DNA of 64,000 nucleotides from Lama guanicoe (lineage: Eukaryota), in contig MU053376.1 in NCBI GenBank assembly GCA_013239625.1, positions 2,158,507 through 2,222,506 of the forward strand, read 5' to 3'. Shown piece after piece: positions 48,297 to 61,500 of the stretch. How positions within the stretch are numbered: the stretch's first letter is position 1; each line of letters starts with the position of its first letter. The position numbers and the translations under genes are program-made. Under the pieces are notes generated by a model that was given only the letters and a program-made list of their open reading frames with translations, ran no database searches and had not been told where the DNA came from.

Positions 48297-50061
48297 AGAC
48301 TTTTTGTAGGTCAATACATCTTTTGTTGTTACTGTCAGATGTACATCAACCTATGAATTACTCTATTGGTTTAAATCCCTTTCTCTCAAGGTAGAATGTA
48401 TACAAGAAAGTATATCCTGACCATTCACTTCTAGTCTCCCTCAGCATGTGTTCCAGAGGGTTCATTTGGGACATGGCTGTACTACTAGGCGAGAGCCAAA
48501 GCTAGATCTCGCCCCAGCAGCGTATTCTGTGGGCTTATTCTGGGTGAAAGGGCTCACAGCAGAATATGGGGCGGGGGGAGCTCCAGGTAGCTGTTGGTCA
48601 CCTGGAGAAGTCACGTCACTACTTCTCAATGACTTATTTCCCTTCAATTCTGTGATGCATGGTGTTTTTGTTTTATGTTATTATTTTATGATTATTTGGC
48701 TGCTGATTTGTTTCCTGGGCACTCAGACATCTTACCGCTTCCCAGAGTACGGGTTCTATAGTCAAGTCATATGCACCCCTCCTCCCATCTCCAAGGAAGA
48801 TAAAATACCTTCGTAGCCCTCAATGACCCAGAATGCCACAGGTAGGATCAGCCTGCAAACTGCAGGTCCCTGGATTCTTGGAATGTCGGACACCAGCCTA
48901 CATACCACATCTCTGTGGACTCTTCCTCATAAAAGCGATCGCTATCACGTAAGCCTAACTACAGCTTCACTGCTTTAGCGCCTCTTCCCAATTTCCTGCC
49001 ACCTAAATGTGCCACAATTCTTCTCACTTGCAGTTAAAACCAAAGACTGTTCCTTAGATTTGGAGGGAGCTTCAGTTATTTTCAGAAGAAAATCCAGGAA
49101 CTGATGGTAATCCATTTCATTTTTCTTCACTTTGACATCTTTTTTTTTTTCTCTGTTAAGATTAAAGAGTGAAGGCTGGTAATAAAACTAATTGCTAGCC
49201 AAAGGTCTTACTCAGAAGGGTGGAGAAGGGATAGTAACTCACTGTTGCTGTTTTGTGCTCCCCTCCACCTGCCACCACCACCGCCCTGCCTCCACATCCA
49301 CCCTCCTCCAAAACAGGAGTACACCTGAACCCTGTCCTCGCAGGATGCTCTGTAGAGTAGACCAGTGCTTTCTACAACACTGTTTTCAGGATGACCCAGT
49401 TCCATTATTATGGTAGAATTTAGTCTCTGCAGATTCCGTAAGATTGGAAGGAGGCTGTTTTTGTTGGGCAATAGTCTCATAAAGAAGAAAAATGCCATGG
49501 ACATATTACTTAAGGAACTTTTGTTTTATCTGAAAGGATTCCTAATGGCTGCACCATAGGCTGTGAAAAATAAGAACAGACGTTCAGAGCGTGGCCCCAG
49601 CCTCCTAGGCACGAGGACCAGGGGACAGGGAAGGGTTTAGACTGAACTCTCCGCCTCTTTAAAAAGGAGATGTCCTGGTACTTCTGGTGATTGAGCAACT
49701 GGGCTGACTCTTTCAAATCTTAAATTATTTTCCCTACCCTTGGTTTACAGAAGGCAGTGGAAGATACAGCTCCTTATGGCCCCTCTAACTCCTGTTGACT
49801 GCTGACTTACAGAGAAGCTGTGTAAGACTTCTGCAGTATCTAACAGAGCATATGGTGAGCTTGTTTTTCCAGTTGTTATCAGTGTGGGAGACCTGCTCTC
49901 TTAAGCAAGCTGTTAAAAGGACCGTGACTCCAAAGGCATCTGCCACGCACTAGATTTCGGTGTTTGTGTTGTCAGTGAGATATCTCCTCGGTCAACCAGC
50001 ACTGTGTGCGACTTGGGTGAGGGGGGAGCCTGTGGCTGAGGTTGCCACGTGGTCTGTTTCT

Positions 50062-50161
50062 TTTTTCTTTTTTTTCCTTAACAGAGGGACTGGGGATTGA
50101 ACCCAGGACCTGCTGCATGCTAAGCACTCAGTCTGCCGCTGAGCTCTACCCACGCCCGCAG
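50062..50161 (-). mobile_element. tRNA-Ala-derived SINE (Vic-1-like)
   Basis: Poly-T then ggggattgaacccaggacc; degenerate TSD ca[c/t]gtggtct[g/a]tttct at 50046-50061 and 50162-50177. Confidence 0.85.
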
Positions 50162-51940
50162 CATGTGGTCTATTTCTGTGTATTGAATGGATTGTAGGTA
50201 ACTGAACCTGGGCTGGGTGACAGGGTATAGACAACCCCATGACTGTGTAAAAATTCTAGAAAGCTCTCGGAAGGTGAATGGATGTGTTTCTGCCTAAATT
50301 TGGCAACCTGCAGGGTGACGCAGAGCAGAGTCATTCAAGTTGGCACGCTTGTCTTCTGTGTGCCGGTTCAAGTCTAGGGAGAGTGGGCTGCTTTAAAACG
50401 TGGCTGTGCCAGGTGGATGTGGGGAGGTTTACTGAGTGCATTTCAAGTTTAGGGACAATTGTAGTTTTTAGAAGTTGTCACCCTGTGCTCCCTTTTTTCA
50501 ACGGCAGTCAAATTTTTGCTTGGATCGCTGCCCAGACTTAGCACTGAGTGACCAAATTGGATCAGAGTCAGTACAGAGATTCAGACTGTCTCCCTCATGG
50601 TTGCTAGATTGTTCTGTAGCCATTCTTGTCATTTCAATGACACAGGTCAAGTTGCTTGCGTCCTTTCATTGATTTTTAAATTGACAAAATCTACTGAGTT
50701 TCCACATTGTTATTGACAGGGTGAAGAGCTGGGTCGGAATTTTTGTTTTATTTCATGCCAAAAATCATGCTTTCTTTCCACATGGAAAACTGGCTAATCC
50801 AGCTAATACTTGCTCGTCTTATTAGAGTCCATCTTACCTTTTGCCCTCACAGTGTTCACTCATCATGGGCTTTCACGATTTCTCCTTACATTAGAATGCA
50901 AGCTTCAAATGGGCAGGCGCATGTCTTCATGAAGCTCTGAACTACCCAGCTGTGATGCTGAGCACGTACAGACCGTGGGGGTTCGGCTTCCTCCACGTAT
51001 CAGGAACGTGCTCACCTCTCATTTTAAGTTGACCTACATACTCAATCTCTGATCTCTTTTTGAGCAAGGGATCATTGGAGAAGGGTTATATGAGGCCACT
51101 TTCTTCTGGTCTAGTATTTGACACCTTGATGATAATGAAAAGGAAAATGAAACCATGATTTAACTGTGATGTAAAGATTCTGCTTCTGTCCCACATGGGC
51201 TCTGCGAAAGAGGAGAGAATCTAGCCTGGATCTCCTGTCCCAGAGGAAATTGACTTCTGACCATAGTAGCATATGCTTTATTGAAGAGGGACTTGGAACA
51301 GACAGGTTAGCTGGCTAATGTCATTATATTTTAGTTTTCATGACATTTATTCTATTAAGAATGGAGTTTCTTGCGTGATCAAAACAACAAAAGATTAAAC
51401 AAAAATATCAACTGTGAACAGTTTGGATCTGTAGCAACTGATCATGTTGAGACACTTTGTTTTGCTTAATTCCTAACTAGACATCATTAAACATAAATGC
51501 TGACTTTTAGGAAGCAGCTGGTAAGTGGTTCTAAGCTTTCCTGACTAACAGAAAACTCCCACTGCTTCAGTGAATCATGGAAAACTCTTTCTTATTTTTA
51601 ATTACTTCTCTTGCATCTGTTGTTCAATGTCATTGACACAGAAGTTGGAAAAGTGGCAACGATTGTTTCAGACTGTGCCTGTGATGCATTTTCTCCTTTG
51701 AGAATGAAGGATGAGTACTTATCCTTTGAAGCAGGTGGAATTGCCAGGACACGCCCTCCTCCACCTCTTCAGTCTCGCTGGAGGTGACCTGTGTGTAGAG
51801 CCGTGTAACTTACTATACTGAGAGCAATTGCAGGCGTCCCTGACTGAACAGCCTGGAGTCCTCCAAACAGGGGCGAAGCCAGGGGCAAATCAAGGAAGAG
51901 TTGTCCTCTGCCAGGGACCAGCCTCTCAATTTCAAAAAAT

Positions 51941-52072
51941 ATTTTTGTTTTTGTATTTTGGGGGGATGTAATTACGTTTTTATTTATTTATTTTAATAGA
52001 GGTATGGGGAATAAACCCAGGACCTTGTGCATGCGAAGCATGGACTCTGCCACTGAGCTATACTCTCCACCT
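51941..52072 (-). mobile_element. tRNA-Ala-derived SINE (Vic-1-like)
   Basis: cccaggaccttgtgcatg...ccactgagctatac with a T-rich tail. Confidence 0.82.
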
Positions 52073-52707
52073 CCTCAAATAATGTTTTTAATACCCATTT
52101 CATCTTGAACCTGTACTTCCTAAAGCCCAAGATTTTAAAAGAATTTACTTCCAAACCTGACCGGCAACCAGAATGGGATTAGGGGTAGCCCTTTCCAAGT
52201 GTCTGTCAAATCATGCCTGCTGATTTCAGTGGGAAAAATTTTTAAGAGCCACAGCGAACCCATCCATGTAAGGACTAGAAAATCTCTGGTGCTTGAGAGC
52301 CATAACCCCTGAGATAAACCAGAGCTACAAATATATCGTCTAGACTTTGAAAGAAAGGATGTGATTCTTAATATAGCTCACCAACCACCAAGTGAAGCCT
52401 AGACTTTCATAATTTTTCTATAACAAGAGAAGCCTGCCTGACTGTTGACTCAAAAGATTCTCACCTCTTCTGCTACCTAAAAAATAAGCTAAAAAGAAAG
52501 AAACTAAAAGAAAGGACTACACCCCCGCACCCCCACCCCCAACCCCCGTCATCAGGCCAGACAGTGACCTGTGGCTATTTCAGCTCAGAATGTCAGCCTC
52601 TAAAGCCTCAGGTTTGAATCATTTGGTATCACGGGATTCCATCATTGTTCACTTGAATCTGCTGACACACTTCCTCTGGAAAGAGCAGCTTGGCATGGAT
52701 GAGTCAG

Positions 52708-52735
52708 TGGTGGTGGTGGTGGTGGTGGTGGTGGT
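52708..52735. repeat. (GGT)n microsatellite
   Basis: About 9 consecutive GGT units. Confidence 0.9.
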
Positions 52736-55700
52736 TTTTGGGTATCTGTTTTTTAAAAAATAAAAATTGCTTTGAGAATTTTTCAGCATCTCATGATTGT
52801 TTCAAAACCAAGGCTGAGAACTTTGCCAGCGGGCCCTGAGTGCTATACTCCGAAGTGGTCCCAGGGTGGTGGGTCAGGACCCATCATGGGACTGTCAGGG
52901 GTGTGCTGCACATGCAGCCTCTCTTAACTTCATGACAACGATAGAGAAAGAAAAGGCTCGAAAAAGAAAACACTGGGATGGGAAAAGGAGGGGGATGAGA
53001 AACAGCCTCGTAGAAATTCAGCCTGTAATATCCTTGTGGTTCCCAGAGTGTCCATCTGTAAGCTCTGGCATTGTAAAGAAGGGAGGTGGGGCACATGTGT
53101 GGTACCCAGGGATGCTGTCTTCTCAGGAGCCCGAACTGTCAACAGTCCTATCAGGAGTTACCACATTTACCCTCCTGGGGCCCGAGCTTAGCTTAAGGAT
53201 GAAGTCTGGCAAGTAGCTCAAGGAATGCAGCTTATTTGGGAAGTTTCAGTGGTTTCTGTCTGTGGGCAACTAAAAGCTTGAGGGAACTGAGCAACTGGAG
53301 AGGGAAAGAATGTTCTTAGTGGCCCTCGGGCACCTTAGCTCCTGCCTGCTTCTGATCTGGCCCTGAGCCCTCACTGCCCTGGCAACGGGAGCTGAGCGGA
53401 TACCGAAGGACTGCCTTCTGCCGCTTGAGTTGTCCCCCGGATTCCTGAACAGGATTCCTGTCTTATGAGAGCCTGGCTTAAAGCTAGAAAAGGACCTTCC
53501 TGTACTCACACAAAGCAGCTGCACGTTAGAGAAATGAACTGCGGCTGGGGAAACTACAAGCCGGGGAGAAGTTAGAAGAATATCAGCCTTCAACATAGCT
53601 GTTCAGATTTCGCCAGGCTCTAATACACCCCAGGGCAGGACATCCCCATGGCTTTTTGTACCACTTAAGGCAAAAGGTATCAGAGCTTGGAAAAGGCAGC
53701 GAAGGGCAACGAGCACTCTAGGTGTGTCTTGATTGCTTTTCAATGTCCGGGAAGGCATTTCAGTCCCAAGGCAGAAACGTGAAGTGACTGCAGCTAGACG
53801 GTGCCAATGCCAAGGGCTGATCTTGACCTTGCCATTGCGTGAGCCTGGGCACGACGCACCCTGCGTGTTGGCAGAGGCTGCCCAGCCCTGCCTTTGCAAC
53901 TGGCTGCCGACGGCTCCTGATGCAGGAGCAGACCCAGGACGGCCAATCCCAGCCACCGCGGAGAATTCCCAGTCACCCCTGGGGCGGAGCCCTGGCCCGA
54001 GCCACCCTCACCTCTGCCCTTCTGGAGCCTGTCCGTACAGGCCTTTCTTGGTGCATTTATTCTTTCAACAGTGATTTACTGAGCAACTGCCGTGTGTTGA
54101 AACAAAACAAAACAAAATGAAACAAAAAAGCACCCGAGGGCCATTTGTCAGAGATGGGGAGCGGCGGCCGCAGCACTGCAGACCAGGCAGTGGGTTTGGA
54201 GAAAACGCCAAGTTATGTACACTCCAGTCTGGTTTTAAAATTCGTGTAAAATCTGCAAGTGAATGGGGTGGGAAGAGGACGTAGTTTCAGAAGAGAGTGT
54301 TCCGAATCTGCCGAGAGTTGGAGGCTGAGCTGGAGGCGGAGGAGAAAAGATGGTAGAAATGAAAAGAGGTGGGAGACACGCCAGCCACTGGCTCCTTGGC
54401 TGTCACTTCCCTTTGTTTCTGGCCTTGAAGATGAGACGGGGTCAGCCTTGGGGTTTCTCCGACATGATTTCTGATTGGGAGTTTGACTTCTGCTGGCCCC
54501 TCCTCATACATCAATTCTGTTTCTACTTTGCCATCCAAAGCAACCACGGGGGAGGGGAAAACAGCAGGCGCCAGGCTCTCCGACCGACCTCTCCTCCTGC
54601 TCTCTGCTTTATTTCCCTCTGCCTTACGTTGCTGTTTTCTCCAGTTGCTAAATCAACATTGTTTATTTCTGTCCCATCATCAAACCCGGTCTGAGCCTGA
54701 GACCGAGGTGAATGCGTGGGATGGATTCAGAAGTTCATCCCTGAGATCCTTTGCTGCGGTTTTGGAGCAGCTGTCCCACGTGGTCCCGTTTTCAGGCCCC
54801 TCTTGGTAAACCCGCTTCATCCAAGAGTCCCTTTCCTCTCGCTGGAACCCAAAGTCACTCTCTGCTTTAAAAATGTCAGAGAGATGTCCAGGCAAAGCAG
54901 CCTGAGGGGGAGGAAGAAGGCTCCGGACCTCTCTGGGGGACCACAGGTGCTTCCCCTTCATCCTGCTAGAATAAGGGTCAAGGGCTCCACAGCGAGGCTT
55001 CCTGCGGGGACAGCTGTTTCCCACTGCTGTGTCACTCGTGCCACCTCTGCCACCCCACCTGGCCCTAGGCAGCTGCATTTCAGAGACAGAAATCCCTCCT
55101 TCTTGTTGTGCTCCCAGCCTCAAAGTCGGCTACATCCAGGGGAGAGAGGAGCAGCTTTCGCCGGGAAAGCCTGGCTGGGGCTGGGGCTGGAGGAGGTGCC
55201 AAGGCTGTGGTCTCCCTGACCACAGAGTGACAGTTTGTAAAGTCAGAAGTCGGGCTGGGAACAACGGCCAGAATCCCCGGGGCTCGGGAGCATCCTCTCC
55301 CCGTCCCCAGCTGCCGGCTCTACAGGGGCTCCCCCAGCAGGCGTCAGGCCCCACCCCGACGCTCTCGGCCTGCCTGCCCACCTGCCTTCTCTTCATCTTT
55401 CAGTAAATGCTCCGTGTCTTCCCTGCCAGGCGCTGTGCTGGGCGATTCACACTTGTATAAGATGTTTGTACTTGCTCTCAAAGTTCAGTAGAAAGTTAAA
55501 TTCCAGGGAAGAATTGACATAAAACGGGATACATATGACAGTAGACACAGACGAGGTGCCCTAGGAGCCCACAAAAAAGGAAAAACAGGACGAAGGGTAG
55601 GAGTGGAGGCCAGCAGAGGGACTTTTGTGCCGACTGCCCTGTGCATGACCTTTTCCTCCACTGACTCCCCATTATCTCCAGTGCCTCCTGCCTCAGAGAT

Positions 55701-58049
55701 CACGGGTGAACGGTGCCCAGCCTCTTCCCAACTGCGGAAGCAGGAGACTGAGGCCCCGGCTGGAGAGCCCAAACACCCTTCTCCCTTTGGTTAGTAGCAG
55801 AGCCCAAATTTGGAACCAGCCGCTCCCCTGCTATCAAAAAAACGTGCCACATTCGACACCCCGCCTCCGGGCAGTGTTGACAGGGCATTTCCAGCAGCCC
55901 TCCTTCCCCGTCCCCATCCAGCTCCCCAAAGGTGTCAACGTGGGGGGGTTATTTTTACCAATGGGGTTGGGAAAGGGGCAAAGGCTGAGGCTGTGGCAAG
56001 TCAGTGGCGCCAGCTGAGGCTTAAATACAATGAAAAAGCCCCACCCTGCCAGCTCTGCCCGAAGAGAACCCAGCAGGAAATAAACAGCGCTGTGTGCCCT
56101 GCCTGGAGGGCTGGCCTGCGTTTGTCTGCCTGGACGCCGGCCAGTCACATGAGCCGAGGCTGGTTAAAAAGAGCTCCGGTAATCTCTCGGCTCAAGTGTC
56201 TCATCTGGCATGAGGAGCTGTGTGGGCGAGGGTGCCAGCTCTTCTTCGTGGGGCTGGGGTGGACAGGGAGAAGCAGTGGGAAGGGGCAATCCGGGCCAGG
56301 GAGAGAGCCAGCCAGGGGGACTTGACCCCAGGCAAAACCATCAGTCCCCAGGTCGTGGCACTGGGACAGGGTGAGAAGTTGGGTGAGGGCAGTGGGGACC
56401 GAGGAGTTGAAGGAAGAAAAGCTTGGCGAAAGTTCCAGAGCCAAGTCTTAATATGGCCAAAGCCGTTGTTTCCAGCTCACCCCTTGGCCCGAGTGTGTGC
56501 GTACACCCCCACCTATACCCCCCACCCCCAACTGCATATCTCTTCTTTCCAGTAGCTTTGTCCCTGCCTGCATTCCTGCCCCACCTCCTACCCTCCCAGC
56601 TCAGAACGGCAGCATCCGTCTACCCTAAGCAGTGCCCCGATCCCGCGCCCTCTCTGGTGATACAGGTGCAGGCTGGTGGTGGCATCTCTCCAGGTCTCAG
56701 TTTCCCCTCAGGCAGCAGGTTTTAGATCTGGCTCTCAGGACCCTCTAGGCAAACTAGGGCAGCATGTAGGCAAACGGGGCTCCCAGGAGAAGAGTTTTTA
56801 CTCTGGAACTGATCTTTTTCCTGAAGTCCTGGAACTAGGTGAAATGATTGAGCGAGCTCCAGACCACCGTGTTCAGATCTGAGTTCGCTGAAATGGTGGG
56901 GAACCTTAAGCCAAGAAGCTCATGTTGCTGAGACCCTTCTGGTGAGAAAAACACCTCGTGTGTGATGCTTGGAAGCGTGCTAGCTCAGGGGCGCCTGTTC
57001 ACTCAGTGGGGTGGCTGGAGAGCAGCCAGGGCGGGGACCACCAGGAGCCGGCACTAACTCTCCACAGGACCACATGCTGCTGTGGAACAGGGAGGCCAAG
57101 AGAACCGGGGCCACTGCAGGTCCCGGGAAGCCTGACCTCAAGGAGCCTGAATAGGGTGCCGGCTGGGGGGCAGGGGAGGCGGGGAGACTCACAGCTCTGG
57201 AGATTATTATTGACTAGATGGTTTTTTGTTCAAGGGGGAAACTGGGATCCCCGCACCATCCCCCCCAAAAAAACCATTCCAAGTTTGCATAGCTAACTGA
57301 TCCAGAAAAACAGTGAACATATAGGGACTGTTTGTGATTTGAAGAAGTCTTCCGTAACTCCAAACTCCATGGAGATTTCCCTTAGGATTGGAGACAGATG
57401 CCCATTTCCTCTGGCTGGAAAATTTATGAAATTGACGGGGATGGGGACATAAGCAGAAACATCTAAGTTCCTGAAGTGTGGTTAATACATTCAGTTCTGA
57501 GCCACCTTCAGGCACCAGTGTAGAGCAGGCACCGGGAGGACCCTGGCAGGCCCAGAGCTGGACGTGAGGGTATAAAAATGTTCCTGTGGATATGGGGTCT
57601 AATCCTCACACAAAAAGGAGTAATTGGGGAGAGTCTGACAAAGAGGCTGCTTACAAAATGGGGACAAAGTGACAGGAAACTATTAAGGGACAGTGAAACA
57701 CACCAGGCATAGCCACATGGCCAAGAGAAGGGAGTGGTGGTGGCTGCCACCTTGGAGAGCATGGCTGTGGACGAGGCTGCAGGAGAGAGGAAGGCAGGCC
57801 CGGCCATGCCCTGGCCAGCAAGGAGGACCCAAAGGGACAAATATGCTGTCATCTCCTCTTACTCCCATGCCTCCACTGGCCAACCCTAGCTGAAAGCCAG
57901 AGGACAAGAGATTTTGGTTGGTGCAGTACCCAAAGGCCAACTTCCCGGGGCACAGAACATGGTGGAGAAGGCTGGGGAGTGGGTCCAGCGGGGCACGGTC
58001 GTGCAACAGTCCCCATAATCCATAAGGCAATTTCATTGCATGAATAAAC

Positions 58050-58216
58050 TTTTTTTTAATAGGGGGAGAGTAATTGTGTTTCTTTATTTATTTGGCAGGG
58101 CGTGGGGAATAATTAGGTTTACATATTTAGTTTTAGAGGAGGTGCTGGGGATTGAACCCAGGACCTTGTGTATGCTAAGCATTCACTTTTCCACTTGAGC
58201 TATACCTTCGCCGCTC
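58050..58216 (-). mobile_element. tRNA-Ala-derived SINE (Vic-1-like) with doubled 3' tail module
   Basis: ggggattgaacccaggacc...gagctatacc; aataaac at both flanks (58043-58049 and 58217-58223). Confidence 0.85.
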
Positions 58217-58639
58217 AATAAACAGTTTTTGAACATCAAACTTAACAGCACTGCACTGTTCACCGAGTGTAAAACTTCAAGAACTGGGTGCTCCTGCCAG
58301 GGGAGTCAGGAGCAGGAGTGTTAGGGGAAGCCTCCTTGAATGAGAAGTGGGAATGTGAGATGGGGCTTGGATGACAGGTGAGGAAAGGGCCGGGAGGGCT
58401 TTCCTTCCTGGTAGCGGAATGCCAAGTGGCAACTAGATCTGCGCCCAACGTCAAGTTTCAGGTCCTCCATCCCTGAGATGTTACATCACAGCCATGGCCA
58501 AAGACACCCACCTGACTGGGGCTGTCTGAGTCCGCATGTTACTTCTCACCATCCCTGGGAAGGATCAATCTGCCAGACTGCCTATTCCACCTCAGGGTCT
58601 CTGGAGGACAGGTTTCTCCACCTCCAACAGTGATGTCCT

Positions 58640-59170
58640 AATTCATCAGGCAATTTATCAGTAACAATTCACTGGGCTCCATGCTGGGAAGATGGGCCAT
58701 AGGAGTGAATTAAACACACTCCTCGCCCTTAAGAGCTCATCTTTTATATAAAACAGAGATGTAAAAAGTTATTAAAATGTGCTTGAGAGGAGGTGTCATG
58801 GAGACATGATCCAAGTTCCTGGTAAGCACAACAGAGAGAGTGACTAATTCCTGGAGGTGTTAAAAAAAAAAAAAAGGCTTCAGAGAGGTAATATTTGCCC
58901 TGCAAGTCCATTAATGAGTAGAATTTGCTAGGTTGAGAAAGGAATTCCTGGCGGAGGTCTTGAAGTGTGTAGAGGCAGCAAGAGGTGAAAAGGGATGGTG
59001 AAAAATTTAGGATGGCTAGAGCCTAGGATGGCAGGAATTGAATCTGGTGAAAAAGGTTTGGGCTGGTTTAAAGGGACATTATGAGTACAATTAAGGATTT
59101 TGTCAGTTAAGCAGACAAATAAGGAACCAAAGGATGTCTTAACGCAGTGACATGATGAGTTCTCTTTTGG
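58640..59170 (-). mobile_element. L2 fragment
   Basis: cctcgcccttaagagctcatc...ggcttcagagaggtaatatttgc...aggaattcctggcggagg. Confidence 0.5.
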
Positions 59171-60256
59171 GAAAGAAAGTAATTTTCTGGAAGGAAACAG
59201 TAGTTGTTCAAATGCAAGTAAAGGAATGTGACATTGGGATGCAGAGTGCTGCTCCCTCCCCTGCCCCCACCCCACATCCCACCCCCAGCCCTGCACCCTC
59301 CCCTACTCCTGCCTTTTTTCTGCAGAGAACAATGGTTATTTGCAAACTGTTGCTGCTCTGACTTTGTAACAAATAAGCCAGATAAATGAGCTTGCTTCTT
59401 CTTCTAGGCAACGTGGGATGAGAATACCCAGGAGGCCACTCTCCCCTTCTTCCACTTTTTATGCCATCCCCACATTTGATGACCCAGGGATGGGATGGAA
59501 CCTTAACTAGAACAGCCAGCCTATGGGACTTAGGACCTGCCAACCCTAGAACAACCAGCCAACCCCAGAGCTTTTCCATTTCCCTGTGGTTCTTTCCAAA
59601 GTTTGTGGCTATTCCTTCAGGTCTTAGCTGAAAAAAACACCAAAAATAGGCCAGCTCTTTTCAATTTAATTAGCCATTCCTCTGAGGACACCAGATGGAA
59701 TGAAGCAAAGACAGATGCATTGGGGGCAAAAAGGAGTGGGAGTTGATTCTAAATGGGTTGTCTTGTGAGCCCAAACTCACCTCTACAAAGGGTGTCTCTT
59801 ACAGTAAGGAGCCCAAGAGGCAGATGAAGGGGCTCCGACCTTAGGACTCACAGGCCAAGGGTCTAACTATTGCTCTCAGGCCTGGTCTGCGAGGTGCCCA
59901 GAGGATGACAGCAGGGCCCTCTGCAGGGCTAATGCACTGTCGCCCCGCCTGGAGGAGTTTATCTGCCCTCACCTGGCTCCTGTCTCCACGACTGTGGGCA
60001 GCCGGCACTCAGAGCCCTATGACACAGCCAAGTGAGGTGCTGGAGTCTATTTCTGGAGCTCTTTAACAGTGGGGAGACAGCCAGCTGCCTAGGACCAGAT
60101 GATCCCTGCAGTACCGTCCTTATAGGGTGACGTTTGCTAAGTAAATGCAGGCACCACTGGGGCAAGGGAGAGCTAAAATGACCCTTCGGGCCTTAGGGGT
60201 CTCACCCTTAGCGAGTACCTTCTCAGCATTGCAGGGACCACCGATGTGGAGCAACT

Positions 60257-60270
60257 GCCCCCTCTGGTGG
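60257..60270 (-). promoter_or_regulatory. CTCF-like motif CCACCAGAGGGGGC
   Basis: One mismatch to the core consensus; next to a CpG-rich patch at about 60560-60830. Confidence 0.45.
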
Positions 60271-61104
60271 TGAATGCAGGAATAAAGTTACGCAGGAGCC
60301 GCTTCTTCACCCAGTACCTTGGTCCACGGCTCCCCCTCAAAAAGATGGCTGTGACTCCGAGCTTGAGTCCCTCTAGCCTCCTTCTCTTTCTCCTGACTGC
60401 GGCTGTGGCCGCTAGCCAGGGTCTTCTTTCAGTTTCACGGATTGACACGTTACAGGGGGAAAAGCACTGGCGCTATGCCGTGAATCGGAGCCTGGTTCCA
60501 ATGGAGAAAAAGAAACCACCTGTTTGAGTATCACTAGTCAAGCCTGTCTGTTTCCACATTTGTAACGTGGAGATGATAGAGGTCCTGCCTGCCCCCCGGG
60601 GAGGCCGCTGCCTCCCCCAGTGTTGCGGGTGGGCAGTCGCAACCCGTGTGTACCGGGAAGCGGGGGTTGCGGGGCCGGCACTTCCTGGTCCTGGGACCCA
60701 GTTAGTCCCACTGCCGGGGTGGTCTTCCCCGTTGGAAGCCGGTATCACTGTCACTCTGCCTGCACCTGAGACACCCTCCATGGTTCAGCCCCTCGTGGCC
60801 GCCAGGTGCCTCGCGCCCTGGTCAGGAAGTCACCTTTTCCAGCTGCCCAGGGCTGTCTGCCAGGGAAGGACAGAGTGACCCGGTGATTGTGGCACTCAGG
60901 CTGGAAGGACAAAGTCCTGGATCTATTTTATTGTTGCTTTTGTCACTTAGTCTTTATGATTTACATTTATTTTTAGGCACCTTACTGGACATTTTAAAAA
61001 AGTGCACTGCAACACCATCTATCAGACACTGGATGGTATCGGTGGGAAACAGGCCAGAAGAACAAATTCAATACTTCAGCTATGGTTGTGACTCTTTCCA
61101 CGTG

Positions 61105-61164
61105 TAAATTAATGGAACTTATGCTAAATTAATGGAGCTTTTGCTAAATTGATGGAGCTTTTGG
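61105..61164. repeat. 20-bp minisatellite, 3 copies (TAAATTRATGGARCTTWTGS)
   Basis: Units start at 61105, 61125 and 61145. Confidence 0.9.
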
Positions 61165-61329
61165 TGCTATTCCCTTCCTTCCTTCCTTCCTTTTTGCACT
61201 GATAGCTCAAAACTAAAATGAACTGAGTGTGTGAATGCTCGGAACGGTCAATTCTTTGGATAGGTGTACATTTGGGAGCAGTGCTGAATAGCGTGTTTCA
61301 AATTATTTTTGAGAATTCATTTGGCTAAG

Positions 61330-61500
61330 TGCACTTTAAAACTTTTTGTGTTCTGGCAAGATGTACATACCATGAAATATACCTTGTTAACCATTTTTTA
61401 GTGTATAATTCTGAGGCATTAAAGGACATTGATAATGTCGTGCAACAATCACCACTATCCATCTCCAGGACTTCTTCATGATCCCCAGAAGAATCTCTGT
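61330..61500 (-). mobile_element. L1MB-like 3' end
   Basis: aaccatttttta gtgtataattctgaggcatta...gtgcaacaatcaccactatccatctccaggactt. Confidence 0.65.

Noticed and set aside
60173..60527. Basic ORF 60173-60448 (-) and ORF 60246-60527 (+) as a processed pseudogene
   Set aside because: No recognisable protein similarity, poly(A) tail or TSD. A BLASTX search would settle it.
61105..61164. Short direct repeats here and at 26064-26113 as CRISPR-like arrays
   Set aside because: No spacers, no cas genes, mammalian DNA; these are minisatellites.
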